From Gemmatimonadaceae bacterium (GTDB taxonomy: Bacteria; Gemmatimonadota; Gemmatimonadetes; Gemmatimonadales; Gemmatimonadaceae), in contig JBBDXY010000002.1 in the NCBI GenBank assembly GCA_040902085.1, positions 20,471 to 84,470 on the forward strand: a stretch of 64,000 bases of DNA, written 5' to 3'. The translations under genes were made by a program, and so were the position numbers. Below the pieces are notes generated by a model. The model was not told the origin of the DNA. It searched no databases and was given only the letters and a program-made list of their open reading frames with translations. How positions within the stretch are numbered: position 1 is the first letter of the stretch; every line of letters begins with the position of its first letter. Below are positions 20,214 through 28,973 of the stretch, piece by piece.

Positions 20214-21242
20214 CTATCCTATGTCGAAGTAGCTCACCGAAGGCGGGATGCCCGTGACTCTTCCACCCTTTTTGGGCTTCTTGTTCAGGCGGTCGAGCAA
20301 TCGTTCAAAGAGGTAGTCCAGCAAAGCCTCTGAGCTGAGAGGCTCGTCCTTCTTGGGAACCTGCCACACAACGCGATCTACGTAGTCGATTGTCGGGGTC
20401 ACCCCAAAGTCGCCCAGTTTGGTCGGCCCGCCACCCCAGCCCGGTGAGTACATGAATCGCCCGCCCCACTCGACTACCAACAAACCGGCGCCGTGTAAGC
20501 TGTTCGAGTACTCCGGCTGCCAGTAAAGGACGAAGCTCCCAACAGGGCTTGATGCCGCAATGCTGCGGTAATTGGAGTCATTCTTCAGGAACTCCAGCCC
20601 TAAGCCAGGGGAAACCGCAGCGAGTTCCGGGACACGCTTGGCCAGCAGCTCACCGAGGCGCGTTATCTCGTCCCCTGCCGCTTTGAAGCCCGCGACCGAG
20701 CGTCCGAAGAGCTGTTTCCGTTCTTCGAAGTCACGCTCACGCTCTGCACGGGCGGCTCGCTCGAGCACCGAGTCCTGTTTCGGGCGGCCGCCTAGTTCCG
20801 TGACTCGGTTGTCAATCGTTGCGAGCAGGCCTTCGATGCCGAACTTGGCATAGCCGTACCAAATCTTGGTCGAAGGAATCCACTTGGGCGGCTTCGCGTC
20901 ATCGAGGCAAACAACGATCAGGAAGTCCCATCCGTGTTCAAGTGCCCGCTCCTTGATCGCCGATTCCTCTATGTGCGTATAGCCAGTTTTGCCCCACCCG
21001 TCGCTGTGCAGAACGACACACACGCGGCTCTCATATCGAAAGATGTTGGTGAACGCCTCGACGCCATCAGTGTTGCGCCCGATCACCTCTCGCTGTTCTC
21101 GCGAGTAGACGAACGTCGAGAGGCGATCCGTGAGGCCATCGCTGACGCGCAACGCCGCGGCCTCGTGAGCACTTAGAAAAGAGAACGCTACGTCGTAGCG
21201 GAATTCGTCGGTCATCATCAGAGACAATTTAGCGGCTGACAA
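20214..21242 (-). CDS. TIR-like domain protein with unknown C-terminal domain
   Basis: The N-terminus YDVAFSFLSAHEAAA...RVCVVLHSDGWGKTGYTHIEESAI follows the TIR_2 pattern: (Y)DVFxSF strand, then hydrophobic strand-W-x-E helix. The roughly 200-aa C-terminal region is unassigned. Confidence 0.55.
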   Translation of the reverse strand: MSAAKLSLMMTDEFRYDVAFSFLSAHEAAALRVSDGLTDRLSTFVYSREQREVIGRNTDGVEAFTNIFRYESRVCVVLHSDGWGKTGYTHIEESAIKERALEHGWDFLIVVCLDDAKPPKWIPSTKIWYGYAKFGIEGLLATIDNRVTELGGRPKQDSVLERAARAERERDFEERKQLFGRSVAGFKAAGDEITRLGELLAKRVPELAAVSPGLGLEFLKNDSNYRSIAASSPVGSFVLYWQPEYSNSLHGAGLLVVEWGGRFMYSPGWGGGPTKLGDFGVTPTIDYVDRVVWQVPKKDEPLSSEALLDYLFERLLDRLNKKPKKGGRVTGIPPSVSYFDIG

Positions 21243-21329
21243 CTGGCGAGAGCGGGGCGGTTCGAGACTCCTACTGATGAAGCGCGCTACTTAGATTGTT
21301 TCTTTGGGCAGCCACGCGCAGGAGGCACA

Positions 21330-21605
21330 ATGAGTCTGCATACTAAGGACGGGCGACCTCTCCAAGTCTCGGGCGACACGGTGTATAGCGGCTCCGGCCA
21401 AGTTGTGGGCCGTATCAGGGACGACAAGGTTTACGGCACCGACGGGCGCTACATTGGAACGATCACGAGCGGTCGGTTGGTGCACCGCTCGACCGACAGC
21501 GCCGGAATAGGCTCTCCGTTCGCGTCGGCCAACCGCGGCGGCTCCGGCCAAGCACGCGTTGGTGGCTCAGGTCTCTGGGGCGACGAACCAAATATTCCGG
21601 ACTGA
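21330..21605 (+). CDS. 4-fold beta-flower-like small protein
   Basis: Repeated short strands of the type G(D/Q)xVYSGSGQVVGRI / DKVYGTDGRYIGTI / SGRLVH. Confidence 0.4.
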   Translation: MSLHTKDGRPLQVSGDTVYSGSGQVVGRIRDDKVYGTDGRYIGTITSGRLVHRSTDSAGIGSPFASANRGGSGQARVGGSGLWGDEPNIPD

Positions 21606-21710
21606 TCATTCCCTTCGGTCCAAGTCCGACTCCAGCGCTCCTCGTTCAAAGAATCGGGAGACCTCCGTGATAAGGAATCGACATCCCGGACTGGCTCAGG
21701 ATGGGTTATT

Positions 21711-22433
21711 GTGGATCACGACGCCAATCCTCTAGCGAGTCACCAAATGGCCTTTCCGTACACGGTTACAATCGCCGGGCTCGTCGCAACGATTCGACAG
21801 CTTCGAAGCGCGTTCCCGAGTCAGGTTACTCCTGACACCCTGAGAAGGTGGGGTATCGCTCCCAACAACGAGACATACGTCCTTCACATTCTCAGGTTTC
21901 TAGGAATCATTGACGAAGAGGGGAAGAAGGTCGCAGAGAACGCGAAGATTTTTTCCGAAGTTGATGACGAGGCATTTGCGAAGCGGTTCTCTGCGCTAGT
22001 TCAAACGGCATATGAGGGACTATTTGAGCATTACGGCGACAAGACTTGGACGCTAGACCGTCAGAAGCTGATCGGGTTTTTTCGTGGGGCTGATGACACC
22101 AGCGCGCGTGTCGGATATCAGCAAGCGGCAACGTTTGAGGTTCTAGCCAGCCTCGCTGGGCATGGAGCCCCTCCCGCCGAAGCGAAAGCGACTCCAACTA
22201 GAGCCAGAAAGTCCGTTCCCAGTCCTCCTTCCAGTCGCAAGGAAAGGACTCCCGCTCCTGCTCGCGGCGAGGCGCACACACCTGCGCCTCCGAAGGTGCC
22301 CGAAAACACTCCTCCGGCTGGCAGTCCCGCGTTGACGGTGCGAGTCGAGATAAACCTTCCGGTCACCGATGATCAGGAGGTCTACGACAAAATCTTTCGC
22401 AGCATCAGGACAAACCTTTTGCTGAATGAGTGA
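21711..22433 (+). CDS. DUF5343-like protein
   Basis: QVTPDTLRRWGIAPNNETYVLHILRFLGIIDEEGKK resembles DUF5343. Its 3' end overlaps the next gene by 8 nt. Confidence 0.5.
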   Translation: MDHDANPLASHQMAFPYTVTIAGLVATIRQLRSAFPSQVTPDTLRRWGIAPNNETYVLHILRFLGIIDEEGKKVAENAKIFSEVDDEAFAKRFSALVQTAYEGLFEHYGDKTWTLDRQKLIGFFRGADDTSARVGYQQAATFEVLASLAGHGAPPAEAKATPTRARKSVPSPPSSRKERTPAPARGEAHTPAPPKVPENTPPAGSPALTVRVEINLPVTDDQEVYDKIFRSIRTNLLLNE

Positions 22434-22908
22434 CGTCTGGCGCGCCTTTGAATGGATTGTTCGAAACGCAACTCGGTTTACCGATGCACCTCCGATCGTG
22501 GAAGCGCAGCATCCATTCGACGTCCGAAATATCCATCCTGCTCTACCGGGAATCGTGAAGAGCCTTTTCGACAGTACCCATTACGCGCAGGCCACTTTCG
22601 AAGCCTTCAAGTTTCTCGACAACGAGATAAAGCGGCACTCCGGCTTGGACAAAACCGGCAAACAACTGATGATGGCGGCGCTTTCAGAGGTGTCCCCGCT
22701 AGTGCAGCTCGCCCCGCTCACAACTGATTCGGGGCGAAACGAGCAGGAGGGGTACAAGTTCATTTTCGCCGGAAGCATGATGGCGATACGCAACCCCCGG
22801 GGGCACGAGCACAGTTTGGTAGACGACATCGATACGTGCCTCGATCACCTCACCCTCGTCTCACAATTACTTCGACGACTTGCGCAGGCGGGGTACTCAA
22901 CTCTATAG
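22426..22908 (+). CDS. TIGR02391-family (HEPN-type) protein
   Basis: YAQATFEAFKFLDNEIK...GKQLMMAALS...NEQEGYKFIFAGSMMAIRNPRGHEH matches the TIGR02391 layout and contains an Rx4H motif. Confidence 0.65.
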   Translation: MSDVWRAFEWIVRNATRFTDAPPIVEAQHPFDVRNIHPALPGIVKSLFDSTHYAQATFEAFKFLDNEIKRHSGLDKTGKQLMMAALSEVSPLVQLAPLTTDSGRNEQEGYKFIFAGSMMAIRNPRGHEHSLVDDIDTCLDHLTLVSQLLRRLAQAGYSTL

Positions 22909-23064
22909 GGATGATTCCATCTGATTATATTTGAGGTGTATCGACCGCTTCGGTGACCGAGTCATTTCTCTCGTATCGCCGCGTCGTCGGTATTCCGACA
23001 CCGGCGCCCCCAGTGACTGCTGGCGGGACCAAGGATCGGATCTCAGCACGAAGGAGTTGGGATC

Positions 23065-23265
23065 ATGGCGAAGCAGCCACCGAACCACGGAAAGCCGTGG
23101 ACAGGGCCCCAGGTGAAGCAACTCGAGTCGTTGGCCAAGGGTAACACTCCAACGCGCATTATCGGTCTGAAGCTTGGCCGAACTGAGGACTCGATTTACG
23201 CAAAGGCGAGCGACGAAAACATCTCTCTCGCGCCGACGAACCAACGTCCCTACAACAAGAAGTAA
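23065..23265 (+). CDS. Small hypothetical protein (66 aa)
   Basis: ORF with a GNTPTRIIGLKLGRTEDSIYAKA HTH-like segment. Low certainty. Confidence 0.3.
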   Translation: MAKQPPNHGKPWTGPQVKQLESLAKGNTPTRIIGLKLGRTEDSIYAKASDENISLAPTNQRPYNKK

Positions 23266-23390
23266 CTCTCCCGACGGAACAGAAAGGAGCGGGAAGGTGC
23301 TCGAATCAAAGGCCTTCCCGCTCTTTCCGCGTCGTAACGCCAGAGTAGGGATCCGATTCCCTTTCCGAGAGACTATGGATATCAATAGTC

Positions 23391-23400
23391 TGGACCCGAA
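23391..23400 (+). repeat. TCAATAGTCT motif copy
   Basis: Exact 10-mer, 110 bp upstream of att copy 2. Confidence 0.6.
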
Positions 23401-23509
23401 TCTCCCGAATTTCTTTCCCATCGATCCCTTGAATTCGGACGCCAAACTCCGGTAATTACGGAGGGGAAAGCGCGAGTTCACGCGCGGTTGCGATTTCGGT
23501 CTCTAGGTC

Positions 23510-23553
23510 AATGGGGTTCAGGGGGTCGCGGGTTCAAATCCCGCCGTCCCGAT
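23510..23553 (+). repeat. att-type direct repeat, copy 2
   Basis: Identical 44-mer; no tRNA body lies upstream of it. Confidence 0.9.
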
Positions 23554-23721
23554 TTTGTAAGTGATTGAATTAGCACGAGATGAGAGCGGGAGCCCTGAGT
23601 ACTCGGAGTTTCCGCTTTTGCTGAATGGTGCGATAATGGTGCGGTCGAGTTTTTTCGATTGGCATCCGTTTGAACCATCAAATCAACTCACGCGACTTTC
23701 GGTCGCGGAGTTCGGCAAGAG

Positions 23722-24948
23722 CTACTGAGACTGCAAGTCCGGCGGAGACTCTACGACAGTTTGGAGACCTATGCTGGAAGCGATGTGTCGCGGGTCGTTG
23801 TTGTTCGATACCTCCTCACCATCAATGAACCCGGTGACCACCGAACCAGCAACGGCTTCCAGATCGCGTGACACCCGATAGTTTTGCTTTCCCTCTCGCA
23901 CGACGTAGTGCAAAACGGCCGGCATCGTTTTCGACCAGCCCGCAGCTGCTTCCATCGCCTTTCTTCTCGATCGATAGCGAAGTCGGTACAGAAACCGTAA
24001 CTGAAGCCGCGCGTGGGGGTGCAGCCAATCAGCGCGAATTGGCACCCCGGTCATGAACAGTGGCGCGGGCGGTTCGAATTCAGAATGCCACCCAAACCGT
24101 TCCACGCGTTGGTTGGCGAAGATGCGGGGAGGGTCCAGGCAGACTGCAAAATGCGTCTGGCCTTCAACGAGTCTTTCGAGTGCTCGACTTATCGGCCGAC
24201 TGTTTACTTTGTGTCGGCCTTTGATCTCCTTATAAGTCTCGTAAGCGAGAAGGTCTGCTGCTTGAAGTGGTACTGCGACACGACTATCCCCGAAGCTGAT
24301 ACGGTCGCTGTTTGGAACTGTGTCAAATCCGCGTCGGTTGCTGAGGTCTCTCGCACGTTCGAGTGCGTCCTGAAACTCCTCCTCCATTCGCTGCTGTCGC
24401 GTGGGCTGGCGGTCGAACACAAACTGCATTGTCGCCCCGTCTCCCGCGTGGTGCGCGCAGACGGCAGTTGCTAATAGGCAAGACATCCCCACGGCGTTGA
24501 AGAATCCATATTCTTCATATCCCTGAACGTCTGGGAGTTCGACGGCGGTCGCGATGCCATGCATTGACTTTGGGGGACAATCGTCGGTAATCACGCCGAT
24601 TAGCGCCTTTGTCAGGGTGTCACATTCATCTCGCGTCCATTTTGCGAACTCGCCCTTCCGCTGACGACAATCGCTCGTTTTGAATTCCGTAATCGGATGG
24701 GGAGCGTCTCGCAGAACGGCTGTCCACTTTGGGATAAAGTGGCGTTCCCACACTTCGTCAGAGGCTACATAGCCTGCGATGACGAAGATGCTTCCAAATC
24801 GCGAGTCTTCATACTTATGGCGGCTATCGTCAAAATAGCCAACGAGCCTCGCAGCGATCTGTTGCTCAACGGCGCACATGTCTATTGTCTCGGGTCGTGG
24901 CCAATCCAATGGGGAACGCACCGAAATGGAGAGTCTCCGGTGTTGCAA
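23722..24948 (-). CDS. DUF3800-like protein
   Basis: Has VGYFDDS...IFVIAGYVA at the N-terminus and the PLQAADLLAYE motif typical of DUF3800. The start may be the internal MCAVEQQ. Confidence 0.55.
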   Translation of the reverse strand: MQHRRLSISVRSPLDWPRPETIDMCAVEQQIAARLVGYFDDSRHKYEDSRFGSIFVIAGYVASDEVWERHFIPKWTAVLRDAPHPITEFKTSDCRQRKGEFAKWTRDECDTLTKALIGVITDDCPPKSMHGIATAVELPDVQGYEEYGFFNAVGMSCLLATAVCAHHAGDGATMQFVFDRQPTRQQRMEEEFQDALERARDLSNRRGFDTVPNSDRISFGDSRVAVPLQAADLLAYETYKEIKGRHKVNSRPISRALERLVEGQTHFAVCLDPPRIFANQRVERFGWHSEFEPPAPLFMTGVPIRADWLHPHARLQLRFLYRLRYRSRRKAMEAAAGWSKTMPAVLHYVVREGKQNYRVSRDLEAVAGSVVTGFIDGEEVSNNNDPRHIASSIGLQTVVESPPDLQSQ

Positions 24949-25160
24949 GCTAGCGTTAATCGATCATGTGGTCTAACGATTCGTTCCAACTGACAACAGA
25001 ACTGCGAGATTGCACGCGGCGGGGGGGCGCCCCTCTAATTGGATTCCATTGCGGGTGGAAACCATGCCCGGTAGGCAGCACGCCTGGGCGCCGTGTCCGC
25101 ATATAGGAAGATGGCGGCTCAAGCTTTGATTATCTTGACCACCCAGCACGGAGAGGAGGA

Positions 25161-25553
25161 GTGATGCCGCACGAACGGTTCCGAGCGTCAGTGCAATACA
25201 ACGACTTTGTCGGCTCGTCCGCTGCGGACAGAGCAGGCATAGGAGGGCCCGAAGACTGGCTTCGCGAGAGGAAGCTGATGCAGTCGGATGATTTTGTGCT
25301 AGGAATTGAGATCTGGGCGGGCGAAAACGACGGCGTACACCGCGATCCAATCACTGTGCATTTTCTTCTTGTGAAGGGATCATTTGACTCTGCTAAAGAA
25401 ACCATTGGGAGTTCATCGCGCCGTGTTCCCGTGCGACGAGTTACTGTTGACATAGGCGTAGCCGAGTTTATGGGCCTCTTTAAGCGTTTCAGCGTGGCCA
25501 TCTCTCCTGGTGGAATGCTGAATGACAAGACCTACGAGTATACTGAAGAGTAG
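25161..25553 (+). CDS. Hypothetical protein (130 aa)
   Basis: Good SD (GGAGAGGAGG) upstream. No family recognised. Confidence 0.4.
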   Translation: MMPHERFRASVQYNDFVGSSAADRAGIGGPEDWLRERKLMQSDDFVLGIEIWAGENDGVHRDPITVHFLLVKGSFDSAKETIGSSSRRVPVRRVTVDIGVAEFMGLFKRFSVAISPGGMLNDKTYEYTEE

Positions 25554-26124
25554 ACTCACCGGACGCAGGACCTATGCGGCGCCAAACCCGTTGCGATTCC
25601 ATACTGTGCGATACATCGATACCGCTTTTGCGCACCTGTCTTTTGCGATAAAACTGATGCAGGGTGCCGAAGACGGGCTAGTTGATCTCGAGTCCATAGA
25701 TACGCCGCTTACCATCAAAGATGGTGCATCGTTGCTGGTCTTGCCTGATCGGGTTCTCCACGATCGTGACGAACTCATCAATGCGTGCCAAAACTTCGTC
25801 ACAATTACTTATGGCGCCGCTGCGATCACTCTTAATCGCTGTCGCGAAGAAGCCAGCGTTCCTCTGCCAAACCCCATTGTCAGCGAATGCGATCAGTGGA
25901 TTGCTTTAGTCTATCAAGCCCGAAATGTCTTCGCGCACGATATAGCGGAGCCACGCTGGCGAATTAATCCACGGTACGGCCGCAAATACATGGTTGGGAA
26001 TGTCCAAGCCGATTTGCGAAAACTCGATGGAGTCGTTTTCGATTACGCGGACATCGGTGGCGTGGACGCACTCTACAATCTCAAGGCGTATGGGGAAGAA
26101 CACGCTTTCGGGCGGATGCCGTAA
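25522..26124 (+). CDS. HEPN-motif protein (200 aa)
   Basis: Contains VYQARNVFAHDIAEPRW (Rx4H). Overlaps the previous ORF by 32 nt; start uncertain. Confidence 0.45.
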   Translation: MTRPTSILKSRLTGRRTYAAPNPLRFHTVRYIDTAFAHLSFAIKLMQGAEDGLVDLESIDTPLTIKDGASLLVLPDRVLHDRDELINACQNFVTITYGAAAITLNRCREEASVPLPNPIVSECDQWIALVYQARNVFAHDIAEPRWRINPRYGRKYMVGNVQADLRKLDGVVFDYADIGGVDALYNLKAYGEEHAFGRMP

Positions 26125-26203
26125 ATCGATTGTCCATAGCCCCTCTCTACCTGTACGGCCTCACTAAGCCCCTAGCCGTCATCGCGCCCCATCCCAATGA
26201 AGT

Positions 26204-26476
26204 TTGACCTTTTGCGCTCGCTTGACCGGCGTCGGCGGCATGTACGCGACCAAAGACGTGATAACCCGCCTCGCAATCCTCTCGGGCGATCCCTCCACAC
26301 GAACGTTCGGGCGAACCCCCTTGAAACTGGGTCGGCTGATGGACCGGATAGATAGCGAATTAGGATTGCTAAAAAAAGTGAACCATCGAGCCTATCGCGA
26401 TCTCTCAGCTGGCGGTCCAAATGTCTGGACCCTCGCCGCGTTCGACGAGCGGCAGGCCGAGTATATCGCCGCTTAG
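26204..26476 (+). CDS. Possible small hypothetical protein
   Basis: ORF only; the internal start MYATKDV is plausible. Confidence 0.2.
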   Translation: MTFCARLTGVGGMYATKDVITRLAILSGDPSTRTFGRTPLKLGRLMDRIDSELGLLKKVNHRAYRDLSAGGPNVWTLAAFDERQAEYIAA

Positions 26477-26733
26477 CGGTCCGGAAACCAGTCGCTAGAG
26501 TCGAACGCACGTGAGTCAAACGAAGAATTGATGCGCTTTGTCGATTCGTCTCACGGCGGGTTGGGCACATTTGGGCCTCGCGTTCGCTCAAAACGTCGAA
26601 GCGACGGGCAGCTCGGTGGCATCCACAATCGGCCAAACTGTGGCTCGCGACCTAGAGGACAGCGAACATACTTTTCTTGCCGGTTACATCGTGGCGGATG
26701 AACTACAAGTCATAGCTCTTCTGTGGCTGGGAA

Positions 26734-27696
26734 TCATGGGTCATAACTTTTCTTTTCTTTCGCTACCACTACAAGCCGAGTCGCGAATATCCCAGCGACG
26801 AAGCCTCCTAGTGCGCCCAACCATCCCCAGTCCCATCCGGTTAGAAAACCGGCCACGAAGACAAGGGCAGCTTGGATTAGCGCACCGTCTCGCACTGCAA
26901 CTGTGAATCGTTGCGAAGAGTGAAGGTTGGTGTACTCCCATTGGCGCAGGGAATAGCGCATCAGCATTGGGATCACGAAGCCCGTCAGCGCACCAAGGGC
27001 ACCCGACGAAGAAGCGCCGATTATCGTCGTTGCCAATAGAATCGGGTAAAAGGCCAGACGCAAATACCTTTCTAGATCCGTTTTCTGTGCGGGCCCTCGT
27101 CCTAATTGAATCGCCATCTGATAGTAGCGAACTTGGGATCGTCTCCATCGCTCGTACGCTTCGTAAGAAGGCGATCCTCCGGAATTAACCGACACATATT
27201 CAGCAAGATCCGCGATTGCTGTTTGAAGCGCCAATAGGTATTCGAGAGCAACGGACGGGCTCGGGAAAATAGCCGTCGCGCGATGCATCTCACTAACCAG
27301 TGTGGTCGCACGTTGCGCGTGTAGTTCTAGTTCCTTGCGGACGCTGGCGTAGTCGACATGCTGTTGACGCTGGATGACTGAGTCAAGGCGCATCACTGCG
27401 CTCTCCAAACTGCGCAGATCGGCCTCGAAACCCAGATTCACCTTCGCTTTGTCCGTACCCTGTAACTCTTCAGGAGTGTGGGGGTCGGTCGCAAGGCTTG
27501 TAGACTCAATAGCTGATGGTGTTTCTGGGTTGAGCCGGTTTGGTTGACCGGACTCTGCCTTCAGAGAGTAGAGGACACGACCAGTTTTGAAGTCGAGAGA
27601 TTCATCAATGTTGTCGGCACCTCCCATGGGCAGTACTCGATCATCTGCTTCATCGGCTGATATGCGGACCATTCCACAGATTGCGCCGGAGTCCAA
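26734..27696 (-). CDS. Hypothetical protein with C-terminal transmembrane helices (operon gene 5)
   Basis: Hydrophobic segments are FYPILLATTIIGASSSGALGALTGFVIPMLM and ALIQAALVFVAGFLTGWDWGWLGALGGFVAGIFA. The annotated start overlaps gene 4 by 136 nt, so the start is uncertain. Confidence 0.45.
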   Translation of the reverse strand: MDSGAICGMVRISADEADDRVLPMGGADNIDESLDFKTGRVLYSLKAESGQPNRLNPETPSAIESTSLATDPHTPEELQGTDKAKVNLGFEADLRSLESAVMRLDSVIQRQQHVDYASVRKELELHAQRATTLVSEMHRATAIFPSPSVALEYLLALQTAIADLAEYVSVNSGGSPSYEAYERWRRSQVRYYQMAIQLGRGPAQKTDLERYLRLAFYPILLATTIIGASSSGALGALTGFVIPMLMRYSLRQWEYTNLHSSQRFTVAVRDGALIQAALVFVAGFLTGWDWGWLGALGGFVAGIFATRLVVVAKEKKSYDP

Positions 27697-28052
27697 CCCG
27701 GCGGTGTTACAAATGGATCAGGCCCTTTTCCTTTCAGCCAAACGCGACTGATTCCATCGTGAACGCCTCCTTCCAGCCAGACACACAGCCCAAGGAAACC
27801 TTGATCTTGGACGATCACGGCTACATCCACGCAATAGTCGCCGCGAAGGTAAACCAACCCGTTGACGCTGAGATGCTTCACCCATGCTTCGGTTGCCTCG
27901 TCCGATATGAAACCAACCCGAGTAATTATGTCGTCTGTACAAAAGGTCTTGTTCGGGCAGTCAGCTTTATATTGTTGAACGCCACCAGCGTATTTCTCTG
28001 ATAGAAGGCTGCATGAGACTATGACGCTATAGGCTTCGACTAGGACGCTCAT
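27561..28052 (-). CDS. Hypothetical protein (163 aa, operon gene 4)
   Basis: Globular-looking ORF (MSVLVEAYSVIV...CPNKTFCTDDIITRVGFIS...). No named family. Confidence 0.45.
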   Translation of the reverse strand: MSVLVEAYSVIVSCSLLSEKYAGGVQQYKADCPNKTFCTDDIITRVGFISDEATEAWVKHLSVNGLVYLRGDYCVDVAVIVQDQGFLGLCVWLEGGVHDGISRVWLKGKGPDPFVTPPGWTPAQSVEWSAYQPMKQMIEYCPWEVPTTLMNLSTSKLVVSSTL

Positions 28053-28112
28053 TTGATCTCGTCCGGGGAACTCATCGGACAGCGAGACTGGGGGGATTCG
28101 TACGAGATCGTT

Positions 28113-28970
28113 TTAACATGGGGGATTAGACGTTGTGATCGAAGTGAGTTGCTGCAGCGGGTACTCACCAAGCATGACGAGACGCTGGCCGATCAGAAGT
28201 CCGCCCCATTCCTTCGCCGCCAGAATTGTCGCTTCTTGACCATTGACCAGCGTCCGCACTTCCGACAGAACTTGCTTCTTTCCCTCGGCAAGCTCTTCCA
28301 GGACTATCCGGGCACGCGCTTGCTCTGAGAGACGCATATGCGGAAGCAGCAGGTACCCAGTTCGTGGGGGCGACATTGGCTCATATCGCTTCTTTCTCGT
28401 CTCTCTCCAGAGGTAGGGTGCGGCAGGACCAAGGACGGACCGATCGATCTGTTTCATTAGTCTTACGGCCAGAGCTAGACACCGCAAAACAGCCTTATAC
28501 GAGATGTGCCGGTGCTTGTGGTCGTTCCAGCTTTCTGGGAGCACTTTGTGGCTGATGTCTTGGTTCCGCTTCTCCTCCAATCTATTCTTGCGAATGGCCG
28601 TGGCAAAGGCGCGTACCTCAGACTCAAAGGCTTGCAGCTTGGTCGCCGCAAAATGAAATGTCAACTGACCAATCTTTTGCTCGGCAAGCTCTGATAGTCG
28701 CGCTACAAGCTCATCTTCGATTTTGGTGGAGAGTACATCCAAAAAGATGAGATCGCGATTTGCCAAGTCCGCCTTCAGGTCCGCCGTACGCAGGCGATTA
28801 GCCTGCGCACGCAAACTGCGCCATAGCGTCCATGACGTGATTACTTCGCCCACTTCACCGCGCAGGTTGGAGATTAGGTGGTGCGTATCGGTCTGGTGGA
28901 CACGAAGCTTCTGCTTGCTCACGCTACGTAGTACCGAAGAATGGTGAAATTCTGCCTCGCCCGAGGGCAC
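28113..28970 (-). CDS. HEPN-motif protein (285 aa, operon gene 3)
   Basis: Contains EEKRNQDISHKVL (Rx5H). Its start lies 3 nt after the stop of gene 2. Confidence 0.45.
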   Translation of the reverse strand: MPSGEAEFHHSSVLRSVSKQKLRVHQTDTHHLISNLRGEVGEVITSWTLWRSLRAQANRLRTADLKADLANRDLIFLDVLSTKIEDELVARLSELAEQKIGQLTFHFAATKLQAFESEVRAFATAIRKNRLEEKRNQDISHKVLPESWNDHKHRHISYKAVLRCLALAVRLMKQIDRSVLGPAAPYLWRETRKKRYEPMSPPRTGYLLLPHMRLSEQARARIVLEELAEGKKQVLSEVRTLVNGQEATILAAKEWGGLLIGQRLVMLGEYPLQQLTSITTSNPPC

Positions 28971-28973
28971 GCG

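Larger units (their letters stand above)
19011..23509. mobile_element. Integrase-less genomic island (island A) between att copies 1 and 2
   Basis: Bounded by identical 44-bp repeats. It has lower GC by eye, cargo of defence-type genes, and no recombinase ORF. Confidence 0.6.

Noticed and set aside
22903-23481. 192-aa minus-strand ORF, plus several 60-90 aa ORFs, in the 22.9-23.5 kb stretch before att copy 2.
   Set aside because: The composition is not protein-like, they overlap the 23065-23265 ORF, and there are no motifs. I treated the stretch as mostly non-coding island end.
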